DNA of 64,000 nucleotides from an uncultured Mollicutes bacterium (GTDB lineage Bacteria; Bacillota_I; Bacilli_A; RF39; UBA660): NCBI GenBank assembly GCA_946500425.1, contig CAMMVQ010000001.1, positions 15,056 to 79,055 of the forward strand, read 5' to 3'. Shown piece by piece: positions 9,852 to 19,419 of this stretch (position 1 is its first letter; each line of letters starts with the position of its first letter). The notes under the pieces were generated by a model. It saw only the letters and a program-made list of their open reading frames with translations, ran no database searches and was not told where the DNA came from. The position numbers and the translations under genes were made by a program.

Positions 9852-10403
9852 ATGATTTACTTATTAAGGCATGGCCTAGATGATGAGTCAAGAATAGGAG
9901 GTTATAGCAATGTTCACTTAAGTGAATCCGGAATGAAGCAAGTTAAGGACGCTAGGAAATTTATTTGTGATAACTTACAGTTTAACAAGATAGTTTCGAG
10001 TGATATAACGCGAGCTAAAGAAACCACGCAAATAATAAATGAGGTCTTTAATAAACCGGTTATTTATACTAAGCTTCTGCGGGAGCAAGATAAAGGAATT
10101 TATAATGGAGTTAGAAAAAGCTGCATCGGTGATAATGATGAGTTCTTAAATAACGTAAGTATATATGATAAATATCCAGAAGGTGAATCTTTACTAGATT
10201 TATATTTTAGAGTGGAAAGCTTACTTTTAATAATTGATAAATGGGACGGTGATTTACTTGTAACTCATAGGGGTGTGATTAACATGATTTACTATTTATT
10301 AAATAATAAAAAACCAGATATGTATAAAGATTCTTTTGGAGTGCAACACGCTTCAATTCATAAACTTAACTTAAGATTAAATAAGATAGAAAGGATTTAT
10401 TAA
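9852..10403 (+). CDS. Histidine phosphatase family protein (phosphoglycerate mutase-like)
   Basis: N-terminal LLRHGLDDESRIGG (RHG catalytic motif). Confidence 0.7.
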   Translation: MIYLLRHGLDDESRIGGYSNVHLSESGMKQVKDARKFICDNLQFNKIVSSDITRAKETTQIINEVFNKPVIYTKLLREQDKGIYNGVRKSCIGDNDEFLNNVSIYDKYPEGESLLDLYFRVESLLLIIDKWDGDLLVTHRGVINMIYYLLNNKKPDMYKDSFGVQHASIHKLNLRLNKIERIY

Positions 10404-10404
10404 T

Positions 10405-10956
10405 ATGGAAAAAGTATCACAAGAAGAATTATTGAACATGAAACGAACGTTAGAAGAAGGGAAAAAAAGGAGCCAGATATTAGAAGAAGAGTTGAATGAT
10501 TTAACGAGAAAAACGTTGGTTGCAAAATACATATCATTATTTGATGAGTACAAAAGCACTTTAAATATAATTAAGCGCTTAGAAGAAGAAATACCGTATC
10601 AAGAAATGCTTAACTGTGATCATTATTTTGTTATAACGGACGTAGAGCATGATTTTGATGGCCATCGTACCGACACCTATAATATTGTAACGTGCGTTAA
10701 ATGTGGACTTACTAATAGGTACATGAATGATTGTTGTGGGTCGTATTTTTCTTTTGATGACCCATATTCAAAGATGAATGAAATATATAAATTAAGTGGT
10801 TGTAGTGTAATTCACGGTTATTGTGATTATGACGAATTAGATTTTTACAAAGAAGAATATGATAAGTTTAAAGAATGTTATCCTAACGCGAGTGATGATG
10901 ACGTTGAAAATTACATGGCGTTAGTAAAGAAAATTAAAGGAGGAAAGTTATGTTAG
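10405..10956 (+). CDS. Hypothetical protein with an N-terminal coiled-coil and a Cys/His-rich C-terminal half
   Basis: Contains CVKCGLTNRYMNDCCG and HGYCDYDE. No family assigned. Confidence 0.4.
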   Translation: MEKVSQEELLNMKRTLEEGKKRSQILEEELNDLTRKTLVAKYISLFDEYKSTLNIIKRLEEEIPYQEMLNCDHYFVITDVEHDFDGHRTDTYNIVTCVKCGLTNRYMNDCCGSYFSFDDPYSKMNEIYKLSGCSVIHGYCDYDELDFYKEEYDKFKECYPNASDDDVENYMALVKKIKGGKLC

Positions 10957-12035
10957 TCTCGAAAATTTGTTTGACCGGAGGACCATGTGCCGGAAAGACG
11001 ACAGCGTTATCGAAGATTGAACAAGAATTATCTGATGTTGGGTATAAGGTGTTTATAATTAACGAGGTTGCAACAAATCTTATTAATGCAAAGATAAAAC
11101 CATTTGGTGAAGATAAATATGATTTATATGAGTTTGAAAGGATAATGTTAAAACATCAACTTCTAGAGGAAGAAAGTTTTGAAAGGGTGTCGAATTACCT
11201 TGATAAAAAGTGCGTTATAATTTGTGATCGTGGTGTTTTTGACATAAAGTCGTTTTTAACTAACAAAGAATTTGATAAACTTTTAAAGGAAGAAAACGTA
11301 TCAAAGTTAAATTTAATGGATTCTTATAACGCGGTTATCCATATGACTACCGCTGCTAAGGGAAAGGAGCAGTTTTATACAAGTGAAAATAATAAAGCAA
11401 GAAGTGAAGACGTTAGCGAAGCAAGAGTAAGAGATGAAAAGTGTGAACAAGCTTGGAGTTTTCATAATAATTTAAGAATTATAGATAATAGTACTAACTT
11501 TGATGATAAGATTAGTAGGGTAATAGATTACATAAAAGAATGTTTAAAAATAGAAAAAAGAAACGTTAGAAAATACTTAATTGAAGTAAATGATGATTTA
11601 TATAAATATTTAAACGAAAAAGGAAGTATAAAAGTAGATATTTTACAAACGTATTTAGAGACTAATGATGATTATGAGATGAGACTTAGGAAAAGAACTT
11701 TAGATGGCGAGGAAACTTATTATGTTACCGCTAAAAAGAGTTATGAAGGAAAAGAAACGATAATTACGGAAGAAAAGATTGATAAAAAAACGTACTTAAG
11801 ATTAATGTCACAAAGAAACGTTGTTAATCAGATAGCAAAGCAAAGAACTTGTTTTGTTTATGATGATAATTGGTTTAAACTTGATGAGTTTGATGGTGGA
11901 ACCGTTATTTTAGAAGCTTCCTTTGATGCTTTACTTCCGCCGTTTTTGAAGGTTTTAAAGGATGTTACTAAAGACGAAGATTATAAAAACATAAACATGG
12001 TATTTAAAAAGAAAACACATGCTAAAAGAATGTGA
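10950..12035 (+). CDS. P-loop NTPase (AAA_28/NadR-kinase-like) fused to a C-terminal CYTH-like domain
   Basis: Walker A TGGPCAGKTT. C-terminal ...YEMRLRKRTLDGEETYYVTAKK...ILEASFD resembles the CYTH triphosphate-tunnel fold. Confidence 0.55.
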   Translation: MLVSKICLTGGPCAGKTTALSKIEQELSDVGYKVFIINEVATNLINAKIKPFGEDKYDLYEFERIMLKHQLLEEESFERVSNYLDKKCVIICDRGVFDIKSFLTNKEFDKLLKEENVSKLNLMDSYNAVIHMTTAAKGKEQFYTSENNKARSEDVSEARVRDEKCEQAWSFHNNLRIIDNSTNFDDKISRVIDYIKECLKIEKRNVRKYLIEVNDDLYKYLNEKGSIKVDILQTYLETNDDYEMRLRKRTLDGEETYYVTAKKSYEGKETIITEEKIDKKTYLRLMSQRNVVNQIAKQRTCFVYDDNWFKLDEFDGGTVILEASFDALLPPFLKVLKDVTKDEDYKNINMVFKKKTHAKRM

Positions 12036-12109
12036 AAATTAGTTGCTATTTTACTTAGAATTAGTCAAAATCTAGTTAAATTATGATATACTTTAATTAG
12101 AGGGATGTT

Positions 12110-12769
12110 ATGTTTTATAATTTTTGGTACGTGGTTTTGTTTTTTATCATTTATTCTTTTCTTGGGTGGATAGCGGAAGTTTTAGCAGAAGTTTATCATA
12201 ATAAAAGGGTTGTTAACCGTGGGTTTCTTTTGGGACCATGGTGTCCCATATACGGCGTTGCGGCCTTTGTTATTACGGTTATGCTAAATCGCTACTTAGA
12301 CAGTCCGGTTATTTTGTTTTGCATGTCGATGATTATATGTGGTTTGTTAGAGTACTTTACTAGTTATTTAATGGAAAAGATGTTTAAAGCTAGATGGTGG
12401 GACTACAGCGAGAAAAAGTACAACATAAACGGAAGAGTAAGTTTGGATGCACTATTTTTATTCGCTATAGGAAGTATGATAATCGTTTATTTCATTAATC
12501 CTTTAGTTTTTGATTTGTTCAAGATGTTGCCAAAGGGATTAGTTTTCGTCCTTGCGTTAATTTTGTTAGTTATCTTTGTTTTGGATGTTATCGTTTCGTT
12601 TAACGCCATCTCAAAAGTAAGTAGTGCCTTAAAAAAAGTAGAACGTGATAATACCTTTGAGATAACGGAGAAGGTAAAAGAAAGAATAAAAAACAAGTCG
12701 TTTTTAAGCGGCCGACTTATTAAGGCGTTTCCAAAAATAAAAGCAAAAGGGAAATTAAGAAAAAAATAA
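12110..12769 (+). CDS. Small polytopic membrane protein (resembles 'putative ABC-transporter type IV' PF06541-like proteins)
   Basis: IYSFLGWIAEV...LGPWCPIYG motif and five or six TM segments. Confidence 0.45.
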   Translation: MFYNFWYVVLFFIIYSFLGWIAEVLAEVYHNKRVVNRGFLLGPWCPIYGVAAFVITVMLNRYLDSPVILFCMSMIICGLLEYFTSYLMEKMFKARWWDYSEKKYNINGRVSLDALFLFAIGSMIIVYFINPLVFDLFKMLPKGLVFVLALILLVIFVLDVIVSFNAISKVSSALKKVERDNTFEITEKVKERIKNKSFLSGRLIKAFPKIKAKGKLRKK

Positions 12770-12857
12770 GTAGTTAAGTTTGTGTAAATAATTAATAAAT
12801 ATTATTAATAAGTTTTAAAAATATGATACCATCGTTATGGTAGGTGATTTGTTTATT

Positions 12858-13442
12858 ATGGCAAATTTAGAGTTTAGATACGGAGCGATGAATTCTGGAA
12901 AGAGTATGGCACTTCTTCAAATGGCGTACAACTATGAGGAAAATGGTAAAAAAATAATACTGGTAAAATCAGTAGTCGATACTAAAGGTGGCGATTATTT
13001 GGTATCTAGAATTGGTCCTAAAAGAAAGGTACAAATAAAGTTATCTAGGAATGAAAGTATCTTAAACAATAAGTATTTACCAATGATTGAAAACTTAGAT
13101 GCTATTTTGGTTGATGAAGCTCAATTTTTAACTCCTAAACAAGTAGAAGAGTTGTGGTATGTTTCTAAAAGAATGAACGTTTCAATAATTTGTTTTGGTC
13201 TTAAAACCAACTTTAAATCGGAGTTTTTTGAGGGCTCAAGAAGATTATTTGAGTTATCAGATAAATTTAAAGAATTAGAAACCATATGTCACTGTGGAGT
13301 TAAGGCAAGATTTAACGCAAGGATGGTAAATGGTAAATTTATTACCGAAGGAGAGGAATTCGTTATTGATGGCGATGATAAGAACGTTAAATACGTGCCT
13401 CTTTGTGGTAGCTGTTATTTAAAAGAAGTGTTAAAAAAGTAA
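12858..13442 (+). CDS. tdk: Thymidine kinase
   Basis: P-loop YGAMNSGKS, DEAQFL, and the C-terminal zinc ribbon CHCG...CGSC. Confidence 0.9.
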   Translation: MANLEFRYGAMNSGKSMALLQMAYNYEENGKKIILVKSVVDTKGGDYLVSRIGPKRKVQIKLSRNESILNNKYLPMIENLDAILVDEAQFLTPKQVEELWYVSKRMNVSIICFGLKTNFKSEFFEGSRRLFELSDKFKELETICHCGVKARFNARMVNGKFITEGEEFVIDGDDKNVKYVPLCGSCYLKEVLKK

Positions 13443-13501
13443 TATTATGCTATAATTAGTGTGCAAATATTACTTTTTATTTTGAAAAAGAGGTGTTTTA
13501 T

Positions 13502-14869
13502 ATGGAAAAATATGAGAAGTTTAGAAAAACGTACCCGGTTTTTTATTATCATGGATTTGATGTTACAGAAAAAGAGGATGAGGTTTTTGTTACTTATCAT
13601 TTTGAAATAGAGGGTTTAATGAGGTTTAACCCAACCCTTAGAGTTCCGATAAAGGTTAAAAGTGATTATGACAAAGTTCTTTTATACAAGATTATATTTA
13701 GTGCGGGGTTAGCAGAAATTCCTAGTTACTGGAAGGCTACTTGTTCTCCTAAAATAATTATTTCTTGTGGAAAACTTAATGAAGACGAAACAAGCTGGGT
13801 TAAGAAGTTACTTTATAATGGTTTGGGTGAGTTCTTCTTCATTAATGGCATTACTCCTAATTATGATGATTTTGTTAAAATAGAAAGTAATGGTCCGACT
13901 TATGAAAGTAAAACAGATGAAAGAAACTATGATGGTTATTTAGTTGCCGTAGGTGGTGGCAAGGATTCACTAGTTTCTCTTGAAATTTTAAAAGACGTTA
14001 AGAATAAAAAAGTTTTTATCATAAACAATAGAAAGGTATGTTTTGATGGGGCTAGAGTATCTGGCATAAAAGATGAGGACATAATTAACGTTGAGAGATT
14101 ATTTGACAAGAATATTATTGAGTTAAATAAGAAAGGATTTTTAAATGGGCACACGCCTTTATCTAGTTGCATAGCTTTTATTTCCTATCTAACCGCTTAT
14201 GTAAATGGTATTAAATACGTTGTGTTATCAAACGAATCTAGCGCTAATGAAGCTAGCGTAAAGGGCACAAGGATAAACCATCAGTATTCTAAGAGCTTTG
14301 AATTTGAGAATGATTTTAGGCGTTTTACAAGTGGCTATTTAACTTCTAAAGTAGAATATTTTAGTCTTTTAAGACCCTTAAATGAGCTTCAAATAATGAG
14401 CATTTTTACTAAGCATCCTAAATATTTTAATCATTTTATTAGTTGTAATAATGGTGGCAAAAGAAAGAACATTGGAAAGACTGATGGTTGGTGTTTAACC
14501 TGTCCTAAGTGTCTGTTTATTTACATAATAATGAGTAATTTTGTTTCGCAAGAAACAATGGTTAATATCTTTGGAGAAAACTTACTTGATAAAAAAGAAA
14601 TGCTTAACTATTTTTTAGAATTACTTGGAAAAACAGAGAATAAACCATTTGAATGCGTTGGAACGGTAGATGAAGTAAACTACGTGGTCAATAACTTGAT
14701 TAAAAAGGGTGGTAAATTACCATATTTATTAGAATATTATAAAAATAATTACGGTTTAGTTAAAATGGATGATAGTATATTAAAAAATATTAATGATGAT
14801 AATAACGTTCCTAAAGAGTTATTAGTTCTTGTTAAGGAGGCTTTACTTGATGATAGAAAAAATAATTAA
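13502..14869 (+). CDS. PP-loop (N-type ATP pyrophosphatase-like) family protein of unknown function, translationally coupled to the downstream Mur ligase
   Basis: VAVGGGKDSLVS resembles the SGGxDS PP-loop. AAGAGGTG RBS before ATG 13502. Its 3' end overlaps the MurD-like start by 20 nt. Confidence 0.55.
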   Translation: MEKYEKFRKTYPVFYYHGFDVTEKEDEVFVTYHFEIEGLMRFNPTLRVPIKVKSDYDKVLLYKIIFSAGLAEIPSYWKATCSPKIIISCGKLNEDETSWVKKLLYNGLGEFFFINGITPNYDDFVKIESNGPTYESKTDERNYDGYLVAVGGGKDSLVSLEILKDVKNKKVFIINNRKVCFDGARVSGIKDEDIINVERLFDKNIIELNKKGFLNGHTPLSSCIAFISYLTAYVNGIKYVVLSNESSANEASVKGTRINHQYSKSFEFENDFRRFTSGYLTSKVEYFSLLRPLNELQIMSIFTKHPKYFNHFISCNNGGKRKNIGKTDGWCLTCPKCLFIYIIMSNFVSQETMVNIFGENLLDKKEMLNYFLELLGKTENKPFECVGTVDEVNYVVNNLIKKGGKLPYLLEYYKNNYGLVKMDDSILKNINDDNNVPKELLVLVKEALLDDRKNN

Positions 14870-16247
14870 CGAACTTAATTCTTATGATAATATTTTAATT
14901 TTAGGTTTTGGCAGAGAGGGAAAATCCACTTATAATCTAATTAGGAAATACCTTAAAAATAAACGTCTTACGATAGCAGATGGAAATGATAAACTCTTAG
15001 ATAACAATAAAGAACTTTTAAAGGACAAACACCTTAGTTTTATTTTAGGAGATAAATACTTAAACAATTTAAATGATTTTGACTTGATTATAAAGTCTCC
15101 AGGAGTTAATTTTAAATACGTTAATCATGATAAAATAAGAAATAAAATTACTTCGCAAATCGACTTGTTTTTAAGGTTTTCGTGCGTCAAAACAATAGGA
15201 GTTACTGGTACTAAAGGAAAAAGTACAACCGCGTCTTTAATATACTACGTGTTAGAAAAATTGGGAAAGAAAGCTATTTTAGCAGGTAATATTGGTATTC
15301 CTATTTTTAATGAAATAGAAAAAATTGATGAGGATACAATCGTTGTTATTGAACTATCTTGTCATCAATTACAATTTGTTAATGCTTCTCCTAACATTAG
15401 TGTTCTTTTAAATTTATATGAGGAGCATTTAGATTTATATAAGTCTTACGAGGAGTACCAATTGGCTAAATTAAACATTTTTAAATACCAGAAAAAAGAC
15501 GATTATGCCATTATTGGAATTGATAGTCCAGACTCTAAAAAATGGTTTGAACCTAAAGCAAATACTTATGCTTTTAGTCTTGATAAAAACGCTGAAATAA
15601 AGCAGGGAATCATAATGAAAGAAGATGGCTTATACCTGAAAAAGAGAAAAGAAAACATCTTGGTTTATAATAAGATGAGAAAAAGAAATCTTTTGGGAGA
15701 GCACAATCTTAATAATGTCGCCGCAACGCTATGCGTGTGTGACATATTAAACTTACCTTTGGATAAAGTGGCTTTTTTCATCGATGGTTTTAAGCCCTTA
15801 GAACACCGAATGGAATTCGTTGGAAAGTATAAAGGGATAAATTTTTACAATGACTCAATCGCAACCATTCCTTCGGCTACCATAAACTGCATTAAATCAA
15901 TTCCTAACGTTCAGACCGTTATAATTGGAGGAATGAACCGTGGTATTGACCTTAGTTCTTTGGTTGACTTTTTAAATGATAAAAATAACTCGGTTGAAAA
16001 TTGTTTATTTCTTAAAGACACAGGTTATTTAATCGCTGATGAACTAATTAAATTAGGGTGTAAAAAAAACATAATAAAAGTTAATGATATGAAGGAGGCA
16101 GTTAAAAAAGCTTATGAGCTAACTGAGGTTAATTTTGCTTGCGTTTTATCTCCTGCTGCTGCGAGTTATAATACTTATAAAAATTTTGAAGAACGTGGAA
16201 AAGATTATAAATGGTGGGTTAATACCATTGGAAAAGCTGAACTTTAG
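14850..16247 (+). CDS. murD: UDP-N-acetylmuramoyl-L-alanine--glutamate ligase (MurD family)
   Basis: N-terminal ILILGFGREGKST Rossmann-like region. Mur ligase P-loop GVTGTKGKSTTASL. Length 465 aa. AAGGAGG RBS. Confidence 0.8.
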   Translation: MIEKIINELNSYDNILILGFGREGKSTYNLIRKYLKNKRLTIADGNDKLLDNNKELLKDKHLSFILGDKYLNNLNDFDLIIKSPGVNFKYVNHDKIRNKITSQIDLFLRFSCVKTIGVTGTKGKSTTASLIYYVLEKLGKKAILAGNIGIPIFNEIEKIDEDTIVVIELSCHQLQFVNASPNISVLLNLYEEHLDLYKSYEEYQLAKLNIFKYQKKDDYAIIGIDSPDSKKWFEPKANTYAFSLDKNAEIKQGIIMKEDGLYLKKRKENILVYNKMRKRNLLGEHNLNNVAATLCVCDILNLPLDKVAFFIDGFKPLEHRMEFVGKYKGINFYNDSIATIPSATINCIKSIPNVQTVIIGGMNRGIDLSSLVDFLNDKNNSVENCLFLKDTGYLIADELIKLGCKKNIIKVNDMKEAVKKAYELTEVNFACVLSPAAASYNTYKNFEERGKDYKWWVNTIGKAEL

Positions 16248-16275
16248 CAGAAAGAGCTAAAGTTTTTATTTGCCA
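16237..16275 (+). terminator. Rho-independent terminator overlapping the murD stop
   Basis: aactttagc / gctaaagtt stem followed by tttttatttg. Confidence 0.55.
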
Positions 16276-16324
16276 CTAATTAAAAAATACTATAATATAG
16301 TTAATTCAAAAAGGAGAAACTGGT

Positions 16325-17254
16325 ATGAAAATAGTGGTGAAAGATAAAAGTGATATGTTTTCTTCTTTAGAAGGAAAGAATTATGATGATATTTTGAGAC
16401 GTTATACCAAAAGCTTGTTTGATAAAATAATCATTAAACCTGGTTGCTTAAGTTGTGATGAAATTTATGATTTATGTACTTATTTAACCAAAGATATAAT
16501 ATTACGTTCAGCTAATGGAAAAACACCGTTTTTACAAGCAATTTCACTTAAAATTATAAAACTATCTAAGGCTTTGAATAACGAGGATCGTCTTTTAACT
16601 AGATATTATCAAAAAATAGAGCCCAGTGAGAAGATAGTTGATTATTTATCTTTAAAGTACGCTTATTTATTAGATAAATATAAAAACTTGGGATGCTATG
16701 ATAAACTTGTTTGCCAATTTAAAAACATTATCAAAGATGTTATCACTTCATTAAGGGTGATTAATTTAAGCATTGAGCCGAATTTAAAAGTTTTTCTTTT
16801 GAAAAATGCTAAAGAAATTAGGTGGGATGATGAGTATGTTATTCCAGATTTAAGAAAAAAATTTAATAATAAGTTTAAAGATAAGATTGATGAATGTTTT
16901 TTAGATGAATTAATTATGTTTTATATAGATGAGTATAAGAATGCTTATTTAGCTGGAAATTCGAAAGTAAGCTTAAAAGAATACCTAATAACGCGGTTAC
17001 TTGATGCTCTTAAAAAACATATTATTAAGGTTGATAGGATTAACGAGAAAATAGAGGGATTAAACTTCCACAATATTCCAAGTAATGTCATTGATAGCTG
17101 GATTAACAATTATGCAATTACTCATTCACTTTGGGTTAGTGACGTAAGAACTTATATGTTTAAACAGGTGCTTAATTATTCTTCTGATGATTATGATAGG
17201 ATTATTAAATTTAAAGAAGGAAAAAAACTTAAAGTGTTATCTAGAAAGAAATAG
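16325..17254 (+). CDS. Hypothetical helical protein, paralogous to the 18203..19369 product
   Basis: Shares blocks with the downstream paralog (KIIKLSKALNNEDRLLTRYY vs RIIGDSKALTEEKLLMYY; NLGCYDKLVCQFKNIIKDVITSLR vs GLNCYAYLSSVFKEDLKEILSSLKR). Confidence 0.5.
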   Translation: MKIVVKDKSDMFSSLEGKNYDDILRRYTKSLFDKIIIKPGCLSCDEIYDLCTYLTKDIILRSANGKTPFLQAISLKIIKLSKALNNEDRLLTRYYQKIEPSEKIVDYLSLKYAYLLDKYKNLGCYDKLVCQFKNIIKDVITSLRVINLSIEPNLKVFLLKNAKEIRWDDEYVIPDLRKKFNNKFKDKIDECFLDELIMFYIDEYKNAYLAGNSKVSLKEYLITRLLDALKKHIIKVDRINEKIEGLNFHNIPSNVIDSWINNYAITHSLWVSDVRTYMFKQVLNYSSDDYDRIIKFKEGKKLKVLSRKK

Positions 17255-17320
17255 ATTTTATTTTTAAAACTTTTATTATATAATATATTTACTTATAAAG
17301 CTTTAGTTAGTAGGTGTGGT

Positions 17321-18190
17321 ATGAATCGAAAAAATGGTTTTATAATCTTAGAAGACGAGGTTGATTATACTCATAAATCCAGTAAGTATTTATATTCAAC
17401 GTTAAAAGGAACCATAGTATTAAAAGATAATGAAAAATATTTTTATAAACGAATTAGGAAAGATTGTTGCTACCGTGAGTTAATAGCATCCGAGATTGCT
17501 AAGATTTTAGAAATACCTTGTTGCGATTATGATCTTGCACTGATTCCAAAGCTTAATGGATATGATTTTGGCGTTATTTCTAAATGGTTTAAAAAGGCTG
17601 ATTCTAACTATTATAATGGTAAACAAATAATTGAAGATTATTATGAAGGGATTTTAAAACGAAAGGTACTTGATAACGTTAAAAAAGCTAATTACGTTTA
17701 TAATAATCTTGAGGTGATATGGAACGCGTTTGAGCACCGTTATAGGTTTGAAAAGAACAAGGAAGATTTGATTAGTAGTTTAATGCTGGAATTAATAGTT
17801 AGGTTTTGGTTCGCTTATTTAATTAGAAATACTGATTTTCACTTTAAGAACTGGGAAATAGAAGAAACTAAAGATAAGGTTTGTTTAGCGCCTTCTTATG
17901 ATAACGAGGACATGTGGGAAGCATATGGTTTTTCTAATTCAAAGTTTACGGTAAATAAATATAACAATAATTTTAATACGAATGCTAATCTTCTTTTAAC
18001 GCAGATAGATAGTAATGACGCGAACAAACTAATAAATCTTTTTTACAAATATAATCCAGATAATGTCTTATTAGCTTTTAGTATGGTTGAAGAAAAGATA
18101 GGTTGCTCGATTGAAGACGATTTAAAAAGTCTTTTACTTGATGATTTTAATAGGTGTTATAAGAAAAATTTGCGAATTATAAAAAGATAA
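17321..18190 (+). CDS. HipA_C-domain-like putative Ser/Thr kinase (short, HipT/CtkA-sized)
   Basis: Catalytic-loop-like RNTDFHFKNWEI followed by LAPSYDN. Compare E. coli HipA GNTDAHLKNFSL ... LAPAYD. Confidence 0.55.
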   Translation: MNRKNGFIILEDEVDYTHKSSKYLYSTLKGTIVLKDNEKYFYKRIRKDCCYRELIASEIAKILEIPCCDYDLALIPKLNGYDFGVISKWFKKADSNYYNGKQIIEDYYEGILKRKVLDNVKKANYVYNNLEVIWNAFEHRYRFEKNKEDLISSLMLELIVRFWFAYLIRNTDFHFKNWEIEETKDKVCLAPSYDNEDMWEAYGFSNSKFTVNKYNNNFNTNANLLLTQIDSNDANKLINLFYKYNPDNVLLAFSMVEEKIGCSIEDDLKSLLLDDFNRCYKKNLRIIKR

Positions 18191-18202
18191 CACTAGAAAG
18201 GA

Positions 18203-19369
18203 ATGAAGATGAGAAAAAATATTAATAAATTAGTAGCTTTAAATACTAAACATAGTATTAACGTGGTGTTGGATCATTACTCAAATATGTTTTATAACAA
18301 AATAGTTAACGTAACCAAAGTATTAAGTGAAGCCCAGCTAAAAGAGTTTTCAAGAAACTATGTAAGTATGCTTATTGATAAAACAAAAAAGTATGATGGT
18401 GATTTTGCTAAGCTTATGGTAATTAGAATAATAGGTGATTCCAAAGCTTTAACCGAGGAAAAACTTTTGATGTATTACTGTATTTACTCTGGTGTTAATA
18501 GTAAAGTTTTAAATTATTTTTTTAAAAGATGTTGTCATTTGTTAGATTACTATGTTGGACTTAATTGTTACGCTTATTTATCATCGGTATTTAAAGAGGA
18601 TTTAAAAGAGATTCTTTCATCTTTAAAACGAGCTACCCCATCGGTTGAAATTTTGGCTAAAAATCGTCTTAACGAGAGGTACAAAGCCTTTGAAACTGAC
18701 TATGACACAATGAGAAAAAACGTTTTTAATCGTTATAAAAATCTTATCGATAATAACATTTTATTGGCACTAATTGATGATGAGATAAAAGAGTGCTTGA
18801 AGATTTATGCCGATAAAACCGGGCACTTAAAGAAAAAAGACATTAGTTTTAAAATGTATACTGATTTAGAAAAGTACTTATTAAGAAAGAAGACGGAAGA
18901 AACGTATGAAGCGTCCATTATTTTGGAAAAAGAAAGAAATGCTAATTTAGTAGAAATGGCGTTAATTTCTTTTAATGGTTTTTATCCTAACGACAAAGCT
19001 TATGATGAACTTTACGGTTATTATGATTCTCAAATAGTTAAATATTACGAACGAAAAAGAAACGTGTCAGTTAAAACTTTTCTTTTAAATTCTTTATACT
19101 ATAAAGTTCAAAAGATGAATGATAAGTATGGCACGAGAAAAGACGTTCTTTCTTTAAAAAAGAAAATAATAGAAAGTGGCGTTATTAGAAGTGATTCTTT
19201 TTCGGAAGTTTATGATAACTGGGCTAATTACTACATGGAATCTTATCCTTTAAGGGGTGTTACTTTTAGGGAATTTGCTTTGATAATGTTAACTTGTTAT
19301 GATAAAGAAAGTTATGATGAAATTTTAAAAGTAAAAGAAAAAAATAAGTGTTTAGTGTTAAAACGTTAG
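18203..19369 (+). CDS. Hypothetical helical protein, paralog of the 16325..17254 product
   Basis: See the paralogy blocks above. An alternative start at 18209 has better RBS spacing. Confidence 0.5.
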   Translation: MKMRKNINKLVALNTKHSINVVLDHYSNMFYNKIVNVTKVLSEAQLKEFSRNYVSMLIDKTKKYDGDFAKLMVIRIIGDSKALTEEKLLMYYCIYSGVNSKVLNYFFKRCCHLLDYYVGLNCYAYLSSVFKEDLKEILSSLKRATPSVEILAKNRLNERYKAFETDYDTMRKNVFNRYKNLIDNNILLALIDDEIKECLKIYADKTGHLKKKDISFKMYTDLEKYLLRKKTEETYEASIILEKERNANLVEMALISFNGFYPNDKAYDELYGYYDSQIVKYYERKRNVSVKTFLLNSLYYKVQKMNDKYGTRKDVLSLKKKIIESGVIRSDSFSEVYDNWANYYMESYPLRGVTFREFALIMLTCYDKESYDEILKVKEKNKCLVLKR

Positions 19370-19419
19370 ATTTATTTCATTTTTATGGTATAATTCTTAC
19401 TTAGAAACGGGTGATTTAT

